A stretch of DNA of 64,000 bases from Pseudomonadota bacterium. Its GTDB lineage: Bacteria > Pseudomonadota > Gammaproteobacteria > Magnimaribacterales > D2472. The notes under the pieces were generated by a model. That model searched no databases. It had not been told where the DNA came from and saw only the letters and a list, made by a program, of their open reading frames with translations. The DNA lies in the NCBI GenBank assembly GCA_028404565.1, contig JAOOBR010000004.1:1827-65826 (forward strand). The letters are read 5' to 3'. This document shows, piece after piece, positions 56,208-64,000 of this stretch (within the stretch, counting starts at the first letter, position 1; the number at the start of each line of letters is the position of its first letter). Both the position numbers and the translations under genes were made by a program.

Positions 56208-56927
56208 ATCAGAAAAGACAACAGACCATACTGGCTTAAAAAACTTTCTAAAAAGCTTGTAAACATGTATGTGAAACACTATCTTCGTCCTCAATTTAAA
56301 CAGCTTGGCAATGGAGGGGCGTTCTTTAAACCTCAATATCTAAAACTTTTTGGTTCTCATATTAGTGTTGATGACTTTCCCACAATTATTGGAGCACGGG
56401 ATGCAAATGTTCAACTTACCAGCTGGAATATTGGAGATTGGAAAGGAGAATTGAAAATTGGTAAATATTGTCTAATTACTCCCGGAGTTAGAATCATGGC
56501 AGCTGAATCAATTGAAATAGGCGATGCTTGCATGTTTGCTCATGGAGCATATATATCAGATGCTGATTGGCATGGCATTTATGACAGAAGTGAGCCAGTT
56601 GGAAATACTAAACCAATTATTTTAAAAGATAATGTTTGGATTGGAGACAGCGCAATTGTGTGTAAGGGAGTCACAATTGGTAAAAATTCAATAATAGGGG
56701 CAGGTGCAGTAGTCACTAAAAATATTCCTGCAAATGTAGTTGCAGCTGGTAATCCAGCAAAAGTAGTAAAAAATCTTGACCAAGGAGATTTTATTTCTAG
56801 AAAAGACTTCTATAAAGATCCTATTCAACTAGCAAAAGATTTTGATAATCTTGATAAATTTAATCTTAAAGATAACACTTTCATAGGATGGCTTAGGAGT
56901 ATTTTTGCCCCATCTAAAGATAATTAA
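56208..56927 (+). CDS. Hexapeptide-repeat (LbH) acyltransferase, probable ATC start
   Basis: IGKYCLI, IGDACM, ISDADWH, NVWIG, IGKNSIIGAGAVV, GNPAK. The first ATG is at 56265, but the RBS points to an in-frame ATC at 56208. Confidence 0.85.
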   Translation: MRKDNRPYWLKKLSKKLVNMYVKHYLRPQFKQLGNGGAFFKPQYLKLFGSHISVDDFPTIIGARDANVQLTSWNIGDWKGELKIGKYCLITPGVRIMAAESIEIGDACMFAHGAYISDADWHGIYDRSEPVGNTKPIILKDNVWIGDSAIVCKGVTIGKNSIIGAGAVVTKNIPANVVAAGNPAKVVKNLDQGDFISRKDFYKDPIQLAKDFDNLDKFNLKDNTFIGWLRSIFAPSKDN

Positions 56928-58015
56928 TGAAATTATTGGTAGATAATAAAATACCTTTCTTTAGGGAGTATCTAAAAAAAATTAAAAATCATGATCAATT
57001 CATTATTAAATATTTTGATGATAATAATCTTGAGAATGATGATTGTTTGAATGCAGATGCATTATTCATAAGGTCTACAACAAGAGTTAATTCAGAACTT
57101 CTTTCAAACTCACCAATAAAATTTATAGGTTCAGCTACTTCTGGATATGATCATTTTGATAATGATATTTTAAATAATTCAAAATATTCTTCATATGTAG
57201 CTTCAGGATGCAATGCATCAGCAGTTGTGAATTGGGTACTTTCATGTATTGGTCTTCTGGTTTTTAAGAAAGTGATTTCAAGAAATAGAATGTTGGGAAT
57301 AATTGGTTACGGAAATGTTGGAAAACTCTTATCAAATATTTTAGAGAATCTAAATATAAAACATAAGATTTATGATCCTTATTTAGATCTTGGAAATATT
57401 AATGATATAAAAGATTGTGAGGTTGTATCGATTCATGCATCCTATTCCAAAACCGGTAAATTCCCTTCACATGAATTTATAAATTCTGATTTTTTAGATA
57501 GCGCATCGGCAAAAGTGATAATCAATTCTGCCAGAGGTGAAATCATTGATGAAGACTCTATTCTAAATAGTGATATTTTTTATTTATCAGATGTCTTTAA
57601 GGGTGAGCCATTACCAAATACAGAACTTATTTCTAAATGTTTTATAGCAACTCCTCACATAGCAGGATACAGCATAGAGGCAAAACATAACGGAACTATA
57701 ATGATTCTAAAAAATTTTTGTGAAGCCAAAAATTTAGATAATGATTTGATGGATTTATCTAAAGTCATGGAAATTAAAAATCTTCAACCATTAGAAGATG
57801 ACTACATATCAAATGGATACCCGGTGAGTTTCTTTAAAAATCTAATTGATGTTGAGCAAATCTCTATCGATTTCAAAGAATCATTTTTGAAGAAGGGTAT
57901 TCCTTTCAACAATATAAGGAATAACTATGAACTTAGGAATGATTTTTTAGGAATTAAAAGAACCTCTGAAACTAATAAACTCTCTTTATTTAGTAATTTA
58001 TATAAAAATATTTAG
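56927..58015 (+). CDS. pdxB: Erythronate-4-phosphate dehydrogenase PdxB-like
   Basis: [52 protein letters not shown]. Confidence 0.85.
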   Translation: MKLLVDNKIPFFREYLKKIKNHDQFIIKYFDDNNLENDDCLNADALFIRSTTRVNSELLSNSPIKFIGSATSGYDHFDNDILNNSKYSSYVASGCNASAVVNWVLSCIGLLVFKKVISRNRMLGIIGYGNVGKLLSNILENLNIKHKIYDPYLDLGNINDIKDCEVVSIHASYSKTGKFPSHEFINSDFLDSASAKVIINSARGEIIDEDSILNSDIFYLSDVFKGEPLPNTELISKCFIATPHIAGYSIEAKHNGTIMILKNFCEAKNLDNDLMDLSKVMEIKNLQPLEDDYISNGYPVSFFKNLIDVEQISIDFKESFLKKGIPFNNIRNNYELRNDFLGIKRTSETNKLSLFSNLYKNI

Positions 58016-58038
58016 TTTCTGTTAGTTATAATTTAAAA

Positions 58039-58434
58039 ATGGCAAAGGAAGATTTAAAAAATAAAGACTGGAAGTCAATTCTTGACGAGGATGCTTATCA
58101 AGTTACAAGATGTTTTGCTACAGAGGCACCTTACTCTGGTAAATTTCTTGATAACAAGAGAGAAGGAACCTATATTTGTATTTGTTGTAAAAAGGAGCTT
58201 TTTTCTTCTTCCACAAAATATAATTCAGGTTGTGGATGGCCAAGTTTTTTTCAGCCAATTGATGAAGCATGCATCACAGAATATAAAGATTCATCCCATG
58301 GGATGATAAGAACAGAAGTAAGATGTTCTGATTGTGACTCACATTTGGGGCATGTTTTTGATGATGGGCCGCCGCCGACATTTTTAAGATATTGTATAAA
58401 CTCTCTTTCTTTAGATTTTAATGAGCGCAAATAA
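58039..58434 (+). CDS. msrB: Methionine-R-sulfoxide reductase MsrB
   Basis: [24 protein letters not shown], two CxxC Zn motifs. Confidence 0.96.
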   Translation: MAKEDLKNKDWKSILDEDAYQVTRCFATEAPYSGKFLDNKREGTYICICCKKELFSSSTKYNSGCGWPSFFQPIDEACITEYKDSSHGMIRTEVRCSDCDSHLGHVFDDGPPPTFLRYCINSLSLDFNERK

Positions 58435-59992
58435 AGAGCCTTCAGAACAAAACTTTTTAAGCTCAATAAAAGTAAGTTTCTGGACCTTCTCCTCTAGGAT
58501 TTTTGGTTTGCTTAGAGATATATCTACAACAAATCTTTTTGGTGCATCTCTGTATCATGACATTTTCGTTGTTGTACTAAGAATACCTAATCTTTTCAGA
58601 AGATTCTTCGCAGAAGGGGCTTTTAATCAAGCTTTTGTTCCAATCTTATCAGACATAGAAAAAACAAAAGATCCAATACAAGTAAAAGACTTCATAGACA
58701 GCTTAGCGGGAATTTTAATTTCAACTTTATTTGTTTTTACTATTATTTGTTTATTATTTGCTCCATTCGTGATTTTTATTTTTGCACCTGGGTTTTATTT
58801 CGATTCTGAGAAGCAAGACCTTGCGGTAAATGTATTAAGGATTATGTTTCCATATTTAGCACTGATATCTTTGGTTGCATTTGCAGCTGGAATTCAAAAT
58901 ACTCATTCAAGATTTTCATTGCCTGCAGCTACACCAATTATTTTTAACTTAACTTTAATAATCTTTGCATTGCTAATTGCCCCAAGAATGAGTACGCCTT
59001 TGATTTCTCTTTCATGGGGTGTCTTCCTTGCAGGTGTCCTGCAGCTTATTATTCAATTTGCTCCTTTAAAAGCTATTGATAGACTGCCAGTTCCTAAAGT
59101 AAATCTTAATAATTCAGATATTCCAAGATTCTTTAAGTTAATAGTTCCAGCAGTTTTAGCTGGAGGAGTTACACAGATAAATTTATTGATAGATACGATA
59201 TTTGCTTCGTTGCTTGAGACAGGTAGCCCAACTTGGCTATATATATCTGATAGATTGATACAATTTCCTTTGGGAATATTTGCTATTGCTATAGGAACTG
59301 TTCTTTTACCTTCATTATCACGTTCGGCAGCGAATAAAAATAATAGTCAGTTTAAGGCCTCCCTAGATAACAGCTTTAGATTAGTAATTTTTATAGCTAT
59401 ACCTTCTCTTATTGGCTTAATATATTTTGCTGAGCCTATTATTGCTTCATTGTTTTATAGAGGTGAATTTTCTGAATTTGACGTTATTAAATCATCTTAC
59501 AGCCTTGTATTCTTTTGTTATGGTTTACCATTCTTTATGTTAATGAAAGTCTTAACACCCGCATTTTTTTCTAGACAGGACACAAAGACACCATTTTATG
59601 TTGCAATATTTAGCCTCTTTCTCAATGCAATCCTCAACTATATTTTTGCCTTTAAGCTTGGGTATGGTCATGCTGGACTTGCCATTGGAAGCTCTCTTGC
59701 TGTTCTAGCAAGCTCATGCATATTATTTTTTGTTTTAATGAAACAAAACCTTCTAAGTTTAAGTATTATTTTTCACAAAACCAATTTTGCCGCAATTTTT
59801 TCTTCATTAATTATGTTTTTTGCATTTGATTATTTCGTGGGTATTGATTCTGAATGGATGTCAAAATTTTATGAATACTCAGGACTAGTCAGAATTTCTC
59901 TTGTCACAGTTATTGTTATACTTAGCTGTCTTTTTTATTTTTTTATCTCTAAGTGGGTTTTTAGAGTCTCAAATAAAGATTTTTATTTATAA
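58421..59992 (+). CDS. murJ: Lipid II flippase MurJ
   Basis: [42 protein letters not shown]. Confidence 0.96.
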   Translation: MSANKEPSEQNFLSSIKVSFWTFSSRIFGLLRDISTTNLFGASLYHDIFVVVLRIPNLFRRFFAEGAFNQAFVPILSDIEKTKDPIQVKDFIDSLAGILISTLFVFTIICLLFAPFVIFIFAPGFYFDSEKQDLAVNVLRIMFPYLALISLVAFAAGIQNTHSRFSLPAATPIIFNLTLIIFALLIAPRMSTPLISLSWGVFLAGVLQLIIQFAPLKAIDRLPVPKVNLNNSDIPRFFKLIVPAVLAGGVTQINLLIDTIFASLLETGSPTWLYISDRLIQFPLGIFAIAIGTVLLPSLSRSAANKNNSQFKASLDNSFRLVIFIAIPSLIGLIYFAEPIIASLFYRGEFSEFDVIKSSYSLVFFCYGLPFFMLMKVLTPAFFSRQDTKTPFYVAIFSLFLNAILNYIFAFKLGYGHAGLAIGSSLAVLASSCILFFVLMKQNLLSLSIIFHKTNFAAIFSSLIMFFAFDYFVGIDSEWMSKFYEYSGLVRISLVTVIVILSCLFYFFISKWVFRVSNKDFYL

Positions 59993-59994
59993 AC

Positions 59995-60936
59995 ATGTAT
60001 CTGATAAGAGGCCAAAATAATATTAAGCTTTTTAAGAAAAGATTTCCTGAGATTTCTTTGAGTGCAACAATTGGAAACTTTGATGGAATGCATCTTGGTC
60101 ATAAAGCAATTCTAGAAAAAGTGAAGAAAAATGCTAAAGAAAAAAATCTTTCTACCTTGGTTATATTTACCGAGCCTCATGCCGCCGAGTATTTCTCTAA
60201 AGTTAATAATACTTCTCCACCGCCAAGAATAATACCTTGGAGAGACAAGCTAAGGCTTATATCTGAAAATGGCATAGATTTTTGTATGCTACTAAGGTTT
60301 GATGAATCTCTTAAATCGATGACGCCAGAGCAATTTACAGAAAAAATATTAGAGGAACTCCAAATTAAGTCTCTTACGATAGGTGATGATTTTAAATTTG
60401 GAAAGGATAGAAAAGGTGATTATCAATTTTTGAAGAACTGGGGCGAATCAATGAGCATTGAGATTGATAAAACAGATACCATAAAAGTTGATGATCAAAG
60501 GGTAAGTAGTACAAGAATTAGAGAAGCTTTGATTTCTAATAATTTTAAAAATGCTAACGCTATGCTTGATTGGCATTACAGCTACTCTGGAAAAGTAGTT
60601 TATGGAAATCAGCTTGGAAGAGAGATTGGTGTGCCTACTGCAAATATATGGATACCTAAACAAAAACTTCCCATTTCTGGTGTATATGCTGTTAGATGCT
60701 TAGTTGATCATGCAAAATATTTAGGTATTGCGAATATGGGAATTCGGCCAACAGTTGGAGGCACTAGACCTGTTCTCGAAACACATATTTTTGATTTTGA
60801 AAAAGATATTTATGGAAGACGTATTACTGTACAATTCATTGAAAAAATAAGGGAAGAGGTTAAATTTGATAGCATTGATCTTTTAAAATCCCAGATTAAA
60901 AAAGATATTGAAGATGCAAAGAAAATCTTAGATTAA
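59995..60936 (+). CDS. ribF: Bifunctional riboflavin kinase / FAD synthetase
   Basis: IGNFDGMHLGH, SSTRIR, GREIGVPTAN, G.RPT, LETHIFDF. Confidence 0.96.
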   Translation: MYLIRGQNNIKLFKKRFPEISLSATIGNFDGMHLGHKAILEKVKKNAKEKNLSTLVIFTEPHAAEYFSKVNNTSPPPRIIPWRDKLRLISENGIDFCMLLRFDESLKSMTPEQFTEKILEELQIKSLTIGDDFKFGKDRKGDYQFLKNWGESMSIEIDKTDTIKVDDQRVSSTRIREALISNNFKNANAMLDWHYSYSGKVVYGNQLGREIGVPTANIWIPKQKLPISGVYAVRCLVDHAKYLGIANMGIRPTVGGTRPVLETHIFDFEKDIYGRRITVQFIEKIREEVKFDSIDLLKSQIKKDIEDAKKILD

Positions 60937-60940
60937 ACAA

Positions 60941-63715
60941 ATGGAAAAAGATTACAAAAATACCTTAAATCTGCCAAAAACAGATTTACCTATGAAAGCT
61001 GGTTTGCCAAATAAGGAACCAGAGATTCTTTCTTTTTGGGATTCAATCAATCTTTATAATTTAATTAGAGAAGAAAATGCTAAAAAAGATAAATTTATTC
61101 TTCACGATGGCCCGCCATATGCAAATGGCGATATTCATCTTGGCCACTCAGTAAATAAAATACTTAAAGATATTGTAATTAAGACTAAGACTTTGCAAGG
61201 CTTTGATGCACCTTATGTTCCTGGCTGGGATTGTCATGGATTACCAATAGAACTGAACGTTGAGAAAAAGTTTGGAAGAGATAGTGATACTGTAAAAGAT
61301 AAATCAAAATTTATAAGTGCCTGTCGTGAATATGCTCTTTCTCAAATAGAAAATCAAAAGAAAGATTTCATACGTCTTGGAGTCTTGGGTGATTGGGAAA
61401 ATTCATATAAGTCCCTTGATTCATCATTTGAAGCAGATACCGTCAGGTCTTTAGGCAGAATAGTTACAAACGGCCATCTTCAAAAAGGGGAGAAGCCTGT
61501 CCATTTTTGTTATGACTGCAAATCAGCCCTAGCAGAAGCAGAGGTTGAATATGAAGACAAAGTTTCTAAATCTATTGATGTAGGTTTTAAAGTAAAAAAA
61601 GATTCACTCATTAAGTTAAGCGCAGCATTTTCAAAAGAAATAGATAGTTGCAGCTTTGTAATTTGGACTACTACACCATGGACAATTCCAGCAAATGCTG
61701 CTGTCTCAATTGGTCCAGAATTAAAATATACCTTATGTAGTTCTAAATTTGGAAACTTAATATTAGCTAGTGATCTCATTGATCAATGTTCAGAACGCTG
61801 GGATGAGGATTTAGAGAAGATCAGCGAGGCTAAAGGCAGTGATATTAAAGACGTAGTTCTAGAACACCCTTATCTAAAAAGAGATTCTATTTTAGTTCAT
61901 GGAGATCATGTCACTACAGAAACTGGAACAGGTTGTGTTCACACTGCTCCAGCTCATGGTGTCGATGACCATAATATATGTAAAAAATTTAATATTGAGA
62001 CAATTCATGCTCTGGACGGTAATGGATTTTTTGATGCAGAATATGAAGGCTTAGCTGGTCTCCCTGCAATTAAAGCTGACAAGATTGTAATTGATATTCT
62101 CAATGATTCAGGAGCTTTAATACATGTTGAAGATTTTCATCATTCATATCCATACTGCTGGAGACATAAAACTCCTCTAATTTTTGCATCGACCCCTCAA
62201 TGGTTTATCTCAATGGATAAATCAGGTTTGTTAGAAGGATCCATCCAAGCGGTTAAGGATGTTGAGTGGGAGCCTTCATGGGGATATGAAAGAATTAAAT
62301 CTATGCTTGAGGGAAGGCCAGATTGGTGTATTTCTAGGCAAAGAAGCTGGGGAGTTCCAATTCCTTTAATCATTAACAAAAAAACTGGAGAAATACACCC
62401 AAAACAAAACCTCTTATTCAACGAAATTGCTGATCGTATCGATGAGCAGGGTTTAGAAGCTTGGGATAAAGCTAATTTAGAAGATTTAATTGATGATCAT
62501 GACGAATACATAAAGGCTACTGATACTCTTGATGTATGGTTTGATTCAGGCTCAACACATTTCTGTGTTCTGGATAAGCTATATGGAAAAGACTTAATAG
62601 CAGACTTATACCTTGAGGGGTCAGACCAGCATAGGGGTTGGTTTCAATCTTCTTTATTAACTGGAATAGCTATAAATGGAAAAGCTCCTTACAAAGCTGT
62701 TTTAACTCATGGATTTGTTGTAGATGAAAATGGTAGAAAGCAATCTAAATCACTAGGAAATGTAGTTTCTCCTCAAAAAGTTTGTAATAACTTGGGCGCT
62801 GATATTCTCAGACTATGGGTAGCATCTACGGATTTTAGAAGCGAGATGGTCGCAACTGATGAAATTTTGAAACAAGTTGCGGATCAATACAGAAGAATCA
62901 GAAATACTTTTAGATTTATGATGGGTAACTTAAATGACTTTAATGACGATTCAAAAAATATTAATCAAAATGATTTAGTTGAAATCGACAAGTGGATAAT
63001 TAGTGCTGCAATTAAGCTTGATGAGGAAGTAAAAAATTTAAATGATAGTTATGCGTATCATCATGTTGTTCAAAAGATTCATAATTTTTGTGTTCATGAG
63101 CTTGGTGGTATTTATTTGGACATCATCAAGGATAGAATGTATGTAACAAAAAGCGACTCGCATGCAAGAAATTCTGCTCAATTCGCGCTTTTTGAAGTTG
63201 CAGATATTTTAATTAGACTCATTTCACCAATCTTAGTCTTTACAGCTGAAGAAATTTGGCAATCTCATGATCTTTTTAAAAAACAATCTAAGTCAGTATT
63301 TCTGTGCCCAAAAAAATCACTTAATAAGATTGAAAGTTCAATATCTGATGATGATTGGAAAGAAATTTTTGCTGTAAAAGATTCAGTAAATCAAAACATC
63401 GAAAAAGCAAGAGCTGATTCTGTTATCAAAGGATCGCTCGATGCAAAAATAAAAATTTCTTGCAGCTCTGAAATCTATGGTGCGCTCAAAAAGATTGAAA
63501 ACGAGCTTAAATTTGTCTTTATTGCATCAGAGGTAGAGCTTATTGAGGATTCAAATACAAAATTAAGTATTGATATAACTAATTATGATCAAAAGAAATG
63601 TATAAGGTGCTGGAACAAATGTGAATCCATTGGATCGCATGAAGATGATCCTGAGATTTGTTCAAGGTGTCATACAAATGTTTATGGCGATGGTGAAGTT
63701 AGAAAATTTGTCTAA
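60941..63715 (+). CDS. ileS: Isoleucine--tRNA ligase (type 1)
   Basis: GPPYANGDIHLGH, WTTTPWT, DWCISRQR, KQSKS, C-terminal Zn finger. Confidence 0.98.
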   Translation: MEKDYKNTLNLPKTDLPMKAGLPNKEPEILSFWDSINLYNLIREENAKKDKFILHDGPPYANGDIHLGHSVNKILKDIVIKTKTLQGFDAPYVPGWDCHGLPIELNVEKKFGRDSDTVKDKSKFISACREYALSQIENQKKDFIRLGVLGDWENSYKSLDSSFEADTVRSLGRIVTNGHLQKGEKPVHFCYDCKSALAEAEVEYEDKVSKSIDVGFKVKKDSLIKLSAAFSKEIDSCSFVIWTTTPWTIPANAAVSIGPELKYTLCSSKFGNLILASDLIDQCSERWDEDLEKISEAKGSDIKDVVLEHPYLKRDSILVHGDHVTTETGTGCVHTAPAHGVDDHNICKKFNIETIHALDGNGFFDAEYEGLAGLPAIKADKIVIDILNDSGALIHVEDFHHSYPYCWRHKTPLIFASTPQWFISMDKSGLLEGSIQAVKDVEWEPSWGYERIKSMLEGRPDWCISRQRSWGVPIPLIINKKTGEIHPKQNLLFNEIADRIDEQGLEAWDKANLEDLIDDHDEYIKATDTLDVWFDSGSTHFCVLDKLYGKDLIADLYLEGSDQHRGWFQSSLLTGIAINGKAPYKAVLTHGFVVDENGRKQSKSLGNVVSPQKVCNNLGADILRLWVASTDFRSEMVATDEILKQVADQYRRIRNTFRFMMGNLNDFNDDSKNINQNDLVEIDKWIISAAIKLDEEVKNLNDSYAYHHVVQKIHNFCVHELGGIYLDIIKDRMYVTKSDSHARNSAQFALFEVADILIRLISPILVFTAEEIWQSHDLFKKQSKSVFLCPKKSLNKIESSISDDDWKEIFAVKDSVNQNIEKARADSVIKGSLDAKIKISCSSEIYGALKKIENELKFVFIASEVELIEDSNTKLSIDITNYDQKKCIRCWNKCESIGSHEDDPEICSRCHTNVYGDGEVRKFV

Positions 63716-64000
63716 AGGATATTTAGTCACCTTATGTTTTCTTTTATTCATTGATTACTTATCAAAAATAATTGCTTTAAATTATATTGAAGTTCTTCAA
63801 CAAAATGACTTCCTTCCATTGATAGATTTCATAATAGTTTTTAATTCTGGTATTGCGTTTAGTTTTCTAGATTTAAATAACTTTGTTTCCAGATATATCC
63901 TATTAATAATTGTCTTTCTTATAACAATGTATTTTTTAAAGATTTTTTTGGATGAAAAAGATAATTTGAAAAAGAAATCTTTTTTACTAATTATAGCTGG
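63708..64000 (+). CDS. lspA: Lipoprotein signal peptidase II, 3'-truncated by the window edge
   Basis: TTG start overlapping the ileS end; manual translation gives IDYLSK and VFNSGIAFSFL motifs. Not in the ORF track. Confidence 0.9.
   Translation, partial: MSKGYLVTLCFLLFIDYLSKIIALNYIEVLQQNDFLPLIDFIIVFNSGIAFSFLDLNNFVSRYILLIIVFLITMYFLKIFLDEKDNLKKKSFLLIIA

Noticed and set aside
56144-56266. 41-aa N-terminal extension of the MATE ORF
   Set aside because: It would overlap the divergent acyltransferase and its RBS head-to-head. MATE similarity begins near VNKYISEIK, consistent with a GTG start at 56143.

Overview
AT-rich, very compact housekeeping region of a streamlined Gammaproteobacterium. Gene content, Pseudomonas/OM60-like gene order and minimal intergenic spacers suggest a marine SAR86-like lineage (inference). 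About 65 CDS and one tRNA-Lys(UUU): ftsA (partial), rpsF-rpsR-rplI-dnaB-alr, pyrG-kdsA-eno-ftsB-ispDF-surE-pcm, recA, proS, aspS-yebC, tol-pal, bamC-purC, isc, ndk-rlmN-ispG-hisS-yfgM-bamB-der, sdh-suc-lpd, and msrB-murJ-ribF-ileS-lspA (partial). No CRISPR array, IS element, integrase or rRNA was seen. The main observation is that the conserved ruvC-ruvA-ruvB slot between yebC and ybgC holds a single 141-aa PD-(D/E)XK protein resembling archaeal/phage Hjc Holliday-junction resolvases. The usual slots of radA, mutS/cinA and recX are also empty, pointing to a possible minimal, non-canonical recombination system. Other points: ProRS with the editing domain cleanly deleted, an isc operon without hscBA, fused IspDF, ftsA not followed by ftsZ, an orphan AurF-like diiron protein, an NTT-family transporter starting 3 nt after a tRNA, and a probable ATC start codon. 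Gene absences refer to this window only.
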